From positions 1-64,000 of IMG/VR virus record IMGVR_UViG_3300023313_000005: a stretch of DNA of 64,000 nt. One strand, 5' to 3'. A program made the translations under genes and the position numbers. Shown piece by piece: positions 54,636 to 64,000 of the stretch. This DNA is from a virus. The notes under the pieces were generated by a model. That model had not been told where the DNA came from and did not search any database. It saw nothing but the letters and a program-made list of their open reading frames with translations. Position 1 is the stretch's first letter. Every line of letters starts with the position of its first letter.

Positions 54636-54810
54636 TGATGAGAGAGTGTTTACAGAGTTTAGGTTTAAACCCGCAGAAGTTAAAGGATTTTATGTAACAA
54701 ATGACGATGAGGAAGGAATAAAATATTGTACGATACAATTAGGAGATACTGATTATAGTTTGTTATATACAGAAAACTTATATGAAGATTTATTAGCAGT
54801 AATAGAATGA
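54607..54810 (+). CDS. Hypothetical protein
   Basis: 67 aa, overlaps its neighbours. Confidence 0.6.
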   Translation: MEAKLAIKIDDERVFTEFRFKPAEVKGFYVTNDDEEGIKYCTIQLGDTDYSLLYTENLYEDLLAVIE

Positions 54811-55157
54811 TAGATTTTGTAGAATTACCTAAAGGAGATATTAAGTTAAGATTATACAATTCTTTCAAACCTTTCAGATTAAAAGCTGAAGATACAGGTT
54901 CGTTAGAAGAAACAAAAGAAGAATATAGGATTCGTCAAAAAACCATTAAACGATTTTATAAACAAAGAAAAAATGTAAAACATGTATCTACAATGTTGAT
55001 TCCTTCATTGGATAATAACGGTGATATGATATATAATGACAAAGGAAATCCTGTATTTTTAGGAAAAACAAAAGGTAAAACATATATTAAAAACGACAGT
55101 TCTACACATTTTAAAAGAGCAGATCATTTAAAACAAATTAAAAATGGAAAAGAGTAA
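54807..55157 (+). CDS. Hypothetical protein
   Basis: 116 aa; ET.EEY.IR and G.TYIK motifs. Confidence 0.65.
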   Translation: MIDFVELPKGDIKLRLYNSFKPFRLKAEDTGSLEETKEEYRIRQKTIKRFYKQRKNVKHVSTMLIPSLDNNGDMIYNDKGNPVFLGKTKGKTYIKNDSSTHFKRADHLKQIKNGKE

Positions 55158-55551
55158 AGTAAGTTTGAACATTGATTCGATACCGGAAGATCAACCTATA
55201 ATGAAAAATAATTTTACAGTAGAAGAAGCTATTAATTATCTAAAAGATAATAATTATTCACCTATTAGTGACGGGGTACTATTCTATGTGAAGTATGTTG
55301 ATGAGATAGACGAAAAACCAGAACAGCTCATTGGTACAAAATCACAAGAAGATGCTATAATGGAAGAATATGAAAAAGCATGGGTTGATGTAGTAGCTGT
55401 TGGTCCCGAAGTAACTACAACAAAAATAGGAGATAAGATATTAATTAACCCTAAGTTTTGGGTAACAGCAATAATGGAAGTATATATTAATGGTTTGAAA
55501 TTTGGGTTGCTAAAAGAAGGTCTTATAGCAATGACTCATAGTAAAAAATAA
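55144..55551 (+). CDS. groES: GroES-like co-chaperonin
   Basis: P..D.V, VVAVGPEV...KIGDKIL, L.E..I.; adjacent to groEL. Confidence 0.65.
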   Translation: MEKSKVSLNIDSIPEDQPIMKNNFTVEEAINYLKDNNYSPISDGVLFYVKYVDEIDEKPEQLIGTKSQEDAIMEEYEKAWVDVVAVGPEVTTTKIGDKILINPKFWVTAIMEVYINGLKFGLLKEGLIAMTHSKK

Positions 55552-55558
55552 AGGTCAA

Positions 55559-57181
55559 ATGGTAAGGAGAGTAGTATTTAACGCTGATGCTAGGCAAAAA
55601 TTATTGTCTGGCATCAGCATTCTAGCAAATGCAGTAAAAGTTACATTGGGACCTAAAGGTCGAAATGTGATAATTGATAAAAACTTTATAACACCTCATA
55701 TTACTAAAGATGGTGTAACTGTAGCACAAGATATTATATTAGAAGAAAGAGTTCCTAATATCGGGTGTTCTATGATTAAAACAATCGCGAGAAAAACAGC
55801 AGAAGAAGCAGGCGATGGGACAACAACAGCAACTGTTTTAGCACATTCTATTTTTTCTTTAGGGATGAAAGCATTGGATGAATATAATCCTATAGATATA
55901 AAAAGAGGAATGGATAAAGCTGTAAAATCAGTAACTGATTATATTAAAAAAGTATCAACAAAAGTTACTAATTTAAAAGAAGTAGCCGTTATAGCTACTA
56001 ATGGCGATATTGAAATGGGCAATCTAATTGCAGAAATAATGGGAAAAATAGGTAAAGAGGGTACAGTTACTGTAGAAAATTCCAATTCCCATAAAACATA
56101 CTATGAAATAGTGGAGGGGCATAAATATGATTCCGGATACATTTCTCCGTATTTTGTAACTAATAATGATAAACAATCCGTTGAATTTGATAATTCTATG
56201 GTATTGGTAACTGACGAAAAGATAAATAGTTATGATGTAATAGAAGGATTTGTTCAGTTATGCCATTCTAAAGGAGCACCATTACTTATTATATGTGAAG
56301 AAATGAGTGGGCAAGCTTTATATCTATTGTTGGCTAATAAAGCAAATAAAGGACTTCAAGTATGTGTTACATCAGCACCGGGTTACGGAGGCCAACGTAA
56401 AGCATTACTTGAAGATATAGCAGGTAGTACAGGAGCTACTTTATTGGGTAATAGTTATGGAAGACCGTTCCATATGTATAACGGAGACAAACTAAAAGCT
56501 AGTGTTTTGGGAGGTGCTAAAAGAATAGTAGTTAACAGAGAAGGAACTATTATCATAGGAGGTAATGCATCTAAGGATAAAATACAAAATATGATTAGTA
56601 CTATAGAACAGCACCGTGATCTAGAGCCAGACAAGGCAGTAAAAGAATTATTTACCTCACGAATAGCAAGACTAAAAGGGGGAGTAGCAGTACTAAAAGT
56701 TGGCGGTTATAGTGAAGTAGAAGTGAATGAGAAAAAAGATAGAATTGACGACGCAATTAGGGCAGTCCAGTCTTCTATGGAGGAGGGTATAGTAGCAGGA
56801 GGAGGTACTACGTACATAAATGCTATTGGCAGTATTAATATAAAGGACGCAATTAATGTTTCTGAAGAAAAGGGCATGGAGATTATAAAGGAAGCATTAG
56901 AAACTCCATTTAATAGGATAGCGATAAACGCAGGACATGATCCAAAAGAAATTAAAAAACAAATAACTACTACAATAGGGTATGATTTTAGAGATGATGA
57001 AATTTGTGATTTATTGAAAAAAGGAATAGTAGATCCTGCTAAAGTATTGAGAGTAGCTTTGGAAAATGCAGTAAGTGTTTCAGGACTATTGTTAACTACA
57101 GAGTGCATTGTTTACAATAAACTTACTGATATTGATGTAGCCATGTTAGCAAAAGGACCTCAAATGAACAAACATAAATAG
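55559..57181 (+). CDS. groEL: Chaperonin GroEL
   Basis: TLGPKGRNV, TKDGVTVA, AGDGTTTATVLA, GYISPYF, EKKDRIDDA, EEGIVAGGG, GIVDPAKV. Confidence 0.97.
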   Translation: MVRRVVFNADARQKLLSGISILANAVKVTLGPKGRNVIIDKNFITPHITKDGVTVAQDIILEERVPNIGCSMIKTIARKTAEEAGDGTTTATVLAHSIFSLGMKALDEYNPIDIKRGMDKAVKSVTDYIKKVSTKVTNLKEVAVIATNGDIEMGNLIAEIMGKIGKEGTVTVENSNSHKTYYEIVEGHKYDSGYISPYFVTNNDKQSVEFDNSMVLVTDEKINSYDVIEGFVQLCHSKGAPLLIICEEMSGQALYLLLANKANKGLQVCVTSAPGYGGQRKALLEDIAGSTGATLLGNSYGRPFHMYNGDKLKASVLGGAKRIVVNREGTIIIGGNASKDKIQNMISTIEQHRDLEPDKAVKELFTSRIARLKGGVAVLKVGGYSEVEVNEKKDRIDDAIRAVQSSMEEGIVAGGGTTYINAIGSINIKDAINVSEEKGMEIIKEALETPFNRIAINAGHDPKEIKKQITTTIGYDFRDDEICDLLKKGIVDPAKVLRVALENAVSVSGLLLTTECIVYNKLTDIDVAMLAKGPQMNKHK

Positions 57182-57182
57182 T

Positions 57183-57329
57183 ATGAAATCTAATATTGAT
57201 AATTATATTAATAATTTTTATATTTGCCCCAATTGTGGTGAAGAAATTATATCAAATAGTTTTAACATAAAAAGACATAATAAGTTAGAATGTAAAAAAT
57301 TAAATAAAAAGAATGAGCGTAATAAATAA
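57183..57329 (+). CDS. Small C2HC zinc-finger protein (48 aa, not in ORF track)
   Basis: MKSNIDNYINNFYICPNCGEEIISNSFNIKRHNKLECKKLNKKNERNK. Confidence 0.5.
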   Translation: MKSNIDNYINNFYICPNCGEEIISNSFNIKRHNKLECKKLNKKNERNK

Positions 57330-57867
57330 GTTTGATACCAACTCTAACTTTTGGAAGATGAATCCCCAGTTTAAAATACTGGAGCCGTTTAAATCTTTAT
57401 ATATCAAAGATAAAACTGCGGGGAAGAAATACACTTCTAAAGTAATGTGGGCGGTAGCTTTTTTATTAGACCCTTCTAAGGATAACATTTACAGAAATGT
57501 CCCTACAGATGAACGTAAAGAACTCATCTGTAGGGATTTTTTAGGTTATTCTGTATCTAAATTCGATAAGTACCAAAATATAATGGATTTTTATAAAAAA
57601 CAAGTTTTATCTCAAGCTGCTAAAAGTTTATTAGTATGGGAGGACATTATGACAGATAGAGAAAAGACATTAAAAGGTATGTATAAAGAAGCATTAAAAA
57701 ATAAAGATATTGATTTAATAGTCGAATTGGATAAATTATTAGCTACTACTCCTAAATATTATATGGATTATGATAAAATAAAAAAGACATTTTTAGAAGA
57801 AGAAGAATCCAATAATAGGGGTAAAGGGAATAGAGTCAAATCATTAACAGATACAGGTGAGATCTAA
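57313..57867 (+). CDS. Hypothetical protein, possible small terminase subunit
   Basis: NFW..NP, D.T..K..TSK.MWA motifs; overlaps the terL start. Confidence 0.55.
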   Translation: MSVINKFDTNSNFWKMNPQFKILEPFKSLYIKDKTAGKKYTSKVMWAVAFLLDPSKDNIYRNVPTDERKELICRDFLGYSVSKFDKYQNIMDFYKKQVLSQAAKSLLVWEDIMTDREKTLKGMYKEALKNKDIDLIVELDKLLATTPKYYMDYDKIKKTFLEEEESNNRGKGNRVKSLTDTGEI

Positions 57868-60800
57868 ACACATACCTAATTCAAAATTTATTGTAGGGGA
57901 TATACCTGAGTTTAATCCTGTTTCCCAATACTATGAACGACTTACCTGGTGGAAAGAACAGAAACGTAGGTGCATAGAAGGATATTGGGTAGATGGTAAA
58001 TGGTGCCCTGGTGTTTTATATTTTTATATAAATTTTTGGAATATAGAAGTAGAGGCAAGAGAAGGATCATTAGGTAAGGTAATTGGGACTCCGTGGTTTA
58101 GAGATTTAGAGTGGGACAAAGGGTATGTTATGGTAGAAGCAAGAGGGTTTTCCGGATTTACTAATGATGATGAATATACTTGTAACATTGCAGTATTAAA
58201 AAAAGAAGAATTACATAACGACGGATTATTAGATTTATATATAAAAAACGGATATGTTCGTAAGCAGGATTTAAGTAAAGAATATGTTCCCGCACGAGAA
58301 TATTTACGAAAAATACATAAAGGTAATTTAGGGAAACCACTATTCCAAAATGAGGCATGTAATGTAGTAGATTTGGAATCTCGCGGAGGAGGTAAAGATT
58401 TAAAATCAACAGAAGTAGTTTATACAGAAACAGGCAAACTACCCATTTCTAAAATCAAAGTAGGTGATCGTATTTTTGGCGCAGATGGTAAATTGACAAC
58501 AATAACTTCTCGTAAAGATTTTTATGATCAGCAACAGTACAGGGTAGTATTCTCTGATGGGAGAAGTATAGAATGTGGAGGAGGGCATTTATGGACAGTG
58601 TATAGTAGAAGTAAGCACGGATACAAGAAAAAAGTATTATCTCTTGATGACATAAGAAAAGATTATAAAATTGGTACACGGGGTGATAGTAGATATTTTG
58701 TACAATTATGCCAACCATTAGAATATTCTGAAAAAGAATTACCAATAGATCCTTATTATTTAGGATTATGGTTAGGTGATGGTAATTCAAATAATACATG
58801 TATAACTTCTGCCGACGAAGAAATAAAGGATAGTATTAAAAAATATGCTGAAGAGTTAGGTATGCGTATGAGCATTAGTTACCCTAACGAAACTGCTTCT
58901 GTTTATAGAATATGTGAATTAAAAAATGGTGTTGAAAATAAACTTATTACAAAATTAAAACAACTAAATGTTTTATATAATAAGCACATCCCTGATATAT
59001 ACTTACATAGTTCCAAAGAACAACGTCTAGAATTATTAAGAGGGCTTATGGATAGCGACGGATATGCGGATGAAAGACATATTGAATTAACTACTAGCTA
59101 TAAAGGCTTACAAAAAACAATTCCCGAACTAATTCATTCATTAGGAATTAGAACAAAAATACGCATCAAAAAGACTACGCATAAAAATAGTCTTAGAATA
59201 TCATTGTTAACAGATTTACGGATATTTAAACTTACCAGAAAACTTAAATTTGTAGGGAAAAATAGATCTAAATTTGCTATTACAAATAGAACAATGAGCG
59301 CTATACGTGAAATTATTCCAACAACCGTGCATCATTCTGTATGTATAAGTGTGGATAATACTGATTCTTTATTTGTAGCGGGCGAAGGTTGTATTGTAAC
59401 ACATAATTCTTTTTGGGGAGGTGGTAATATAGGTCATAATTTCTTATTCGATGGTGCTATTGATTATGATGTATACTTGTCTAAAAAAATGACAGATAAG
59501 CCTTTAACTACACAAACATTAGTAGGTGCTATAGATTCGTCTTTTTCTAAAGATTTGCTTGCTAAATTTAAATTAGGAATGAAGCATTTACCTGGAGCTA
59601 TAGAATATAATAATGAAACATATCCTTCCCCATTATCTATAGATTATACAGGATCATTAATGCCGGGTAAATTCTTAGTATCTACTGCTACTGGTAGTAA
59701 AATACATCATAGATCATTTAAAGATAATCCTTTAGCCGCAAACGGTACCAGGCCATCATTATCATATTTAGAGGAGGTCGGGTTCATGGATAATATAGAA
59801 GAATCGTTAGGGGCAATGAAAGAATGTGTTGCATCTGGAGAAAGACAATTCGGAAGTATTTACATGTTTGGTACAGGAGGTCTATTTAAAGGGATGGCAT
59901 CAATGCATATGAGTAATATATTTTATAATCCTTCCGATTATAATTGTTTGGAATTTGATGATGAATGGGAAGGGCGTGGTAAAATTGGTTATTTTATACC
60001 TGCGTATAGAACACTTAATGGATTTAAAGAAACTGAAGATTATATAACGAATGATGAAAAGGCATTAAATTTTTTATTAAAAGAACGTAAATCAGTATTA
60101 AAAAATAAAATTAAATATGCATCGGAAGTAATTAATAGACCTATAAAACCTTCTGAAATATTCTTTTCTACAGAAGGTACTTTCTTCCCATTAACTGAAC
60201 TTAAACAGAGTCAGGAGAACTTACTAAAAAATGATAAATTATTAAACGCATCATGGAAAGGATTTGTTGTAATATCAGAAGATGATACATTAATATGGAA
60301 AAATACGGATGATATGCCTATAACACAATGGCCCTATAAAGCAGGTAAAATGGGGGAAGGCTGTATAGAAATATTTGAAATGCCTGTAAAAAATGTAGAA
60401 AATGAGGTAGTAAATAATATATATATTGCAGGATGTGACCCGGTTGACGATGATGGCTTTGAAGGGTCATTACAATCATCATTTATTATGAATAGGCTTA
60501 CGGGTAGAATAGTTGCTGAATACACAGCACGTCATGAAAGGGCAGACCAATATTATGAGAATTTAAGAAAATTACTTTTATTTTTTAACGCAAAGTGTAA
60601 TTATGAAAATAACAAAAAGGGTTTATTTCAGTATTTTCATAATATGAATTGTTCATATCTATTATCAGAAACCCCTAAATTATTAAGGGATCAAGGCATG
60701 GTTAGAACAGTAAGCATTGGTAACAAGTCGTATGGTACACCTGCTAATCAATATGTTAATAGATGGGCTAGAGATTTAATAAAGAAATGGTTATTAGAAC

Positions 60801-61072
60801 CTGCTATTAACAAAGATAACAACATAAATGCCGATACTATACGTTCTATTGCATTAATAGAAGAATTAATAAGATGGACAGATAAGGGTAATTTTGATAG
60901 GGTATCAGCATTGGGGATGTTAATGATATTAAAAGAAGAAAAATATAAAAACGCAGTAAGTTTAGAAACCACACATCAATCAATATTTAATAGATGGTCA
61001 GGTAGATTAAAGAAGAAAGGTATCGGTTATAAAAAAGCTATTACGAAACAAAATTTTTTACAGAATAATTAA
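57857..61072 (+). CDS. terL: Terminase large subunit, intein-containing
   Basis: WW.EQ.RRC.EG, YFY.NF, Walker A RGGGK^S split by the intein, Walker B YLEEVG, GTGG, AGCDPVDDD nuclease motif, YENN, NFDRVSA. Confidence 0.93.
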   Translation: MRSKHIPNSKFIVGDIPEFNPVSQYYERLTWWKEQKRRCIEGYWVDGKWCPGVLYFYINFWNIEVEAREGSLGKVIGTPWFRDLEWDKGYVMVEARGFSGFTNDDEYTCNIAVLKKEELHNDGLLDLYIKNGYVRKQDLSKEYVPAREYLRKIHKGNLGKPLFQNEACNVVDLESRGGGKDLKSTEVVYTETGKLPISKIKVGDRIFGADGKLTTITSRKDFYDQQQYRVVFSDGRSIECGGGHLWTVYSRSKHGYKKKVLSLDDIRKDYKIGTRGDSRYFVQLCQPLEYSEKELPIDPYYLGLWLGDGNSNNTCITSADEEIKDSIKKYAEELGMRMSISYPNETASVYRICELKNGVENKLITKLKQLNVLYNKHIPDIYLHSSKEQRLELLRGLMDSDGYADERHIELTTSYKGLQKTIPELIHSLGIRTKIRIKKTTHKNSLRISLLTDLRIFKLTRKLKFVGKNRSKFAITNRTMSAIREIIPTTVHHSVCISVDNTDSLFVAGEGCIVTHNSFWGGGNIGHNFLFDGAIDYDVYLSKKMTDKPLTTQTLVGAIDSSFSKDLLAKFKLGMKHLPGAIEYNNETYPSPLSIDYTGSLMPGKFLVSTATGSKIHHRSFKDNPLAANGTRPSLSYLEEVGFMDNIEESLGAMKECVASGERQFGSIYMFGTGGLFKGMASMHMSNIFYNPSDYNCLEFDDEWEGRGKIGYFIPAYRTLNGFKETEDYITNDEKALNFLLKERKSVLKNKIKYASEVINRPIKPSEIFFSTEGTFFPLTELKQSQENLLKNDKLLNASWKGFVVISEDDTLIWKNTDDMPITQWPYKAGKMGEGCIEIFEMPVKNVENEVVNNIYIAGCDPVDDDGFEGSLQSSFIMNRLTGRIVAEYTARHERADQYYENLRKLLLFFNAKCNYENNKKGLFQYFHNMNCSYLLSETPKLLRDQGMVRTVSIGNKSYGTPANQYVNRWARDLIKKWLLEPAINKDNNINADTIRSIALIEELIRWTDKGNFDRVSALGMLMILKEEKYKNAVSLETTHQSIFNRWSGRLKKKGIGYKKAITKQNFLQNN
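58397..59407 (+). mobile_element. Class 3 intein (337 aa) with a LAGLIDADG homing endonuclease
   Basis: Begins DLK after GGGK and ends VTHN before Ser+1; HLW, VCI and THN give the WCT triad; LGLWLGDG and LRGLMDSDG. Confidence 0.9.
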
Positions 61073-61135
61073 AAAAGTGTATTACATAAAATAATATATA
61101 TATATATTTGTAAATTGTTATAAATTATCATATAG

Positions 61136-63637
61136 ATGACTGTAAGTAGAATTAAAAAAGAAGGTTCTTCGGGAGCAAAATTTCCTCCACAAAAAAAGTC
61201 AACTAGCGAAAAAGGTAAATCTTTTGGTATAGAATGCATAGAGGGTGCTGAAAATTTAGCATTGTTTTCAAGTCATGAAATTAGGCAATCATATTATAAT
61301 AAAAAGAAAAATTATGATTTGGCTAATGATATAATTGATTTAAAAGATGTAGAATCGGTATGTAGCCCATTAGGATTAGATATGTCAACTTTCCCTGCTA
61401 CAATGCAAAATTATCCATTAGCTAACCCTAAGATTAAGCTATTGATGGGAGAGGAAATGAAACGTCCTTTTGAATTTAGAGTAAGATCTACAAATCCAAA
61501 TACTGCTAATAAGAAGGAAGAAGCATACAAAAATGATATTTTGGAGTATGCAATGAATAATATAAGTAAAGAAGGTCTCGATGAGAAACAAGTTACCATT
61601 GAGATGGATAAAATAAAAAGATATTACGATTATACGTATCAAGATTTTCATGAAAAAATGGCATCTGATATATTGTCGTATTTTTGGAAAGAACAAGATT
61701 TAAGTGATAAATTTTCTAAAGGATTTCAGGATGCTCTTATCGCAGGTGAAGAAATATATAGGATTGATATTGTTGCAGGTGAGCCTGTGGTTGTCAAATG
61801 TAATCCCCTTAACATATTTACATACGGTATGGGTGAGAGTCCATACTTGGATGATGCTGATATTATAATAGAAGATACATATGTATCTATAGGTAAGGTT
61901 ATTGATGAGTTTTATGAATATTTGAAACCAGAAGATATAAACGAGTTAGAAGAACAACGTACTAATAAAACAGGATCTAGGAGTAGCACAGGAGATACAT
62001 TAAATTATAAAAACTTTTTTCCACAGTTATTATCATCTACATTTACAGGAGAATCATTTACTGTATCTAGTAATGAAGGAAGAAATCGTTTTGGTGGATA
62101 TAGAGACGACGCAGGTAATATTAGAGTGACAAGGGTAGTATGGAAATCACGACGTAAAATAGGCAAGCTTACATATTATGATGAATTTGGTGATATGCAA
62201 CATACCATTGTAGATGAATATTATAAACCAAATAAATTAGAAAATGAATCAGTAAAATGGTTATGGGTAAATGAATATTGGGAAGGTACTCGTATAGGAA
62301 AAGATTTATATGTAAAAATACAACCCCGTCCAATTCAATTCAGATCTATTAATAATTTGTCCAAATGTAAATCTGGATATGTAGGTACAGCATATAATAT
62401 TAATAGCTCTCGAGCTAGATCATTGTATGACCAAATGAAACCTTATCAGTATTTGTATAATATTTTTATGTATAGGACTGAATTAGCATTTGCTAAATAT
62501 AAAGGACCCATAATGGAAATTAATGCCGCAGCTATTCCAGACGATATGGATCTCGAAGAATGGTTGTATTATGCTGAAGTTACAGGTTATGCGTTAATGG
62601 ATCCATTCAATGAATCAAAAAAAGGACCTTCTCAAGGTACATTAGCGGGATCTATGAATACCGTAGGTGGTAAAATATTATCGGATGATTCTATAGGTAA
62701 CTACATACAGTCTAATATACAAATGCTACGTTATATAGAAGAGCAATTAGGTTCTATTTCCGGAGTTTCTCAACAACGTCAAGGTCAAATTGAAACTAGG
62801 GAGTTAGTAGGAAATGTTGAAAGGGCTGTATCACAAAGTGCTCATATTACAGAGCCCTGGTTTCATACACATGAACATGTTAAATTGAGAGTACTTAATG
62901 TTTTATTAGAAACGGCAAAGTATTGTTTTAAAGACGAAACTGATAAAAGATTACAATTTGTTACAGATGATATGTCTACTATCACAATTAATGTTGATGG
63001 TAAAATGCTGAATGAATCTGAATATTCGGTATTTGTAAATAGTGGAATGAGAGATTTAGAATTTGAACAAGCATTGAAACAATTGGCGCAAGCAGGTTTG
63101 CAGAGCGGTAAACTAAATTTTGCAGACGTAGTTAAAGTGTATCAGGCTAATAATATGACAGATAAGGCTAAACTAATAGAAGAGGCAGAAGCTAAAAAAG
63201 CACAAAGTGATGCAGAACAGCAACAAAAACAACAAGAGCATGAACAACAATTACAGCAAGCTCAACAACAAGCTGCACAAGAATTAGCTAAAATGCAAAT
63301 TGAAAATAGGGAGGATGAGCAAGCTGCTAAATTAGAAGAGATAAAAGTAAAAGCAGAAGAGGAACGTAAAACCCTTCTTTTAAAATCTCAAGTAGAAAAT
63401 GAATTAACAGCTAATGCTAAAGATTTAGAACGAGAAAAATTAAGAATAAATAAAGAGATAGAACAAGAAAAATTAAAATTAGAGAAAGAAATATCTGAAA
63501 ATCAATTACGTGTCAAACAAAAAGAATTAGATGCCACATTGGCATTTAAACGTCAAGAATCAAATAATAAATTAAAAGTAGAGCGTGAAAAAATGATTGC
63601 GGATAGAAAAGCAAGAAATAAAAATAATAGTAAATAG
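61136..63637 (+). CDS. Portal protein (crAss type)
   Basis: NYDL.N, L.GEE.KRP, D.LI.GEE, W.NE.WEG..IG, KPYQ.LY, G...QR.GQI..RE.VG.VER, coiled-coil C-terminus; follows terL. Confidence 0.9.
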   Translation: MTVSRIKKEGSSGAKFPPQKKSTSEKGKSFGIECIEGAENLALFSSHEIRQSYYNKKKNYDLANDIIDLKDVESVCSPLGLDMSTFPATMQNYPLANPKIKLLMGEEMKRPFEFRVRSTNPNTANKKEEAYKNDILEYAMNNISKEGLDEKQVTIEMDKIKRYYDYTYQDFHEKMASDILSYFWKEQDLSDKFSKGFQDALIAGEEIYRIDIVAGEPVVVKCNPLNIFTYGMGESPYLDDADIIIEDTYVSIGKVIDEFYEYLKPEDINELEEQRTNKTGSRSSTGDTLNYKNFFPQLLSSTFTGESFTVSSNEGRNRFGGYRDDAGNIRVTRVVWKSRRKIGKLTYYDEFGDMQHTIVDEYYKPNKLENESVKWLWVNEYWEGTRIGKDLYVKIQPRPIQFRSINNLSKCKSGYVGTAYNINSSRARSLYDQMKPYQYLYNIFMYRTELAFAKYKGPIMEINAAAIPDDMDLEEWLYYAEVTGYALMDPFNESKKGPSQGTLAGSMNTVGGKILSDDSIGNYIQSNIQMLRYIEEQLGSISGVSQQRQGQIETRELVGNVERAVSQSAHITEPWFHTHEHVKLRVLNVLLETAKYCFKDETDKRLQFVTDDMSTITINVDGKMLNESEYSVFVNSGMRDLEFEQALKQLAQAGLQSGKLNFADVVKVYQANNMTDKAKLIEEAEAKKAQSDAEQQQKQQEHEQQLQQAQQQAAQELAKMQIENREDEQAAKLEEIKVKAEEERKTLLLKSQVENELTANAKDLEREKLRINKEIEQEKLKLEKEISENQLRVKQKELDATLAFKRQESNNKLKVEREKMIADRKARNKNNSK

Positions 63638-63704
63638 TAACAATAACTGGTTATCTAAAATGCTATTACAATGTTAAAAAGTTAAGCATATTAATTAAAA
63701 AACT

Positions 63705-63736
63705 TTTGGAAGTAATATTTATAATAATTAAATTTG
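63705..63736 (+). promoter_or_regulatory. Bacteroidota-type promoter
   Basis: TTTG-N20-TAAATTTG. Confidence 0.65.
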
Positions 63737-63743
63737 TAGCAAA

Positions 63744-64000
63744 ATGGAAAAAACAGAACTAGGATTAGATCAATTAGCCAAGCAAATAAAGGGAGAGGGA
63801 TCATTTGTAATACCCGAAACTACTCCCAAGCCTGCTGATATACCTGACGATAAAGTTGTAGAAAATCAAGAAGGTAATGTAAACCAAAATACTAATGGTG
63901 ATGAGTCATTAGAAGATGATAATATTTTAAATAAACCTATTGACATAAGTGATGCGGTAAATATACCACCGAGTTCATCTGATGATAATGAGCCCCCTGC
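63744..64000 (+). CDS. Acidic protein after portal (putative scaffold); 3'-truncated
   Basis: MEKTELGLDQLAKQ...; frame open to the window end. Confidence 0.6.
   Translation, partial: MEKTELGLDQLAKQIKGEGSFVIPETTPKPADIPDDKVVENQEGNVNQNTNGDESLEDDNILNKPIDISDAVNIPPSSSDDNEPP

Overview
AT-rich window from a crAss-like (Crassvirales-type) phage of a Bacteroidota host, using the standard genetic code. From the left it holds: (1) the 3' part of a giant (>4,917 aa, open to the window edge) virion RNA polymerase polyprotein on +; (2) a minus-strand replication and nucleotide-metabolism block (MazG, class II RNR, exonuclease, resolvase, primase, SSB, AAA ATPase, DUF5664-HAD fusion, DnaB, PolB) containing a phiEco32-like amidoligase/ATP-grasp/glutamine-amidotransferase cluster; (3) a minus-strand accessory region with a tRNA-Leu; (4) a hairpin-rich non-coding switch region with divergent Bacteroidota-type promoters; (5) a plus-strand late block (IHF-like, GroES-like, GroEL, terminase with an Asp-initiated class 3 intein, portal). 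The most unusual feature is in the accessory region. Two paralogous gene pairs (a DUF6745-like Cys/His protein plus an HxxH protein) each lie upstream of a terminator-like hairpin and a tightly coupled tandem array of micro-ORFs with conserved ends and hypervariable middles. One array has 18 (+2 outlying) Gly/Tyr/Asn-rich 'MID...IL' peptides behind a DUF6948-like gene. The other has 9 'MKL(I/V)(I/V)LK(N/D)C...YEL' peptides of 46-51 aa that the supplied ORF track almost entirely misses. Family names come from recalled motifs, not database searches.
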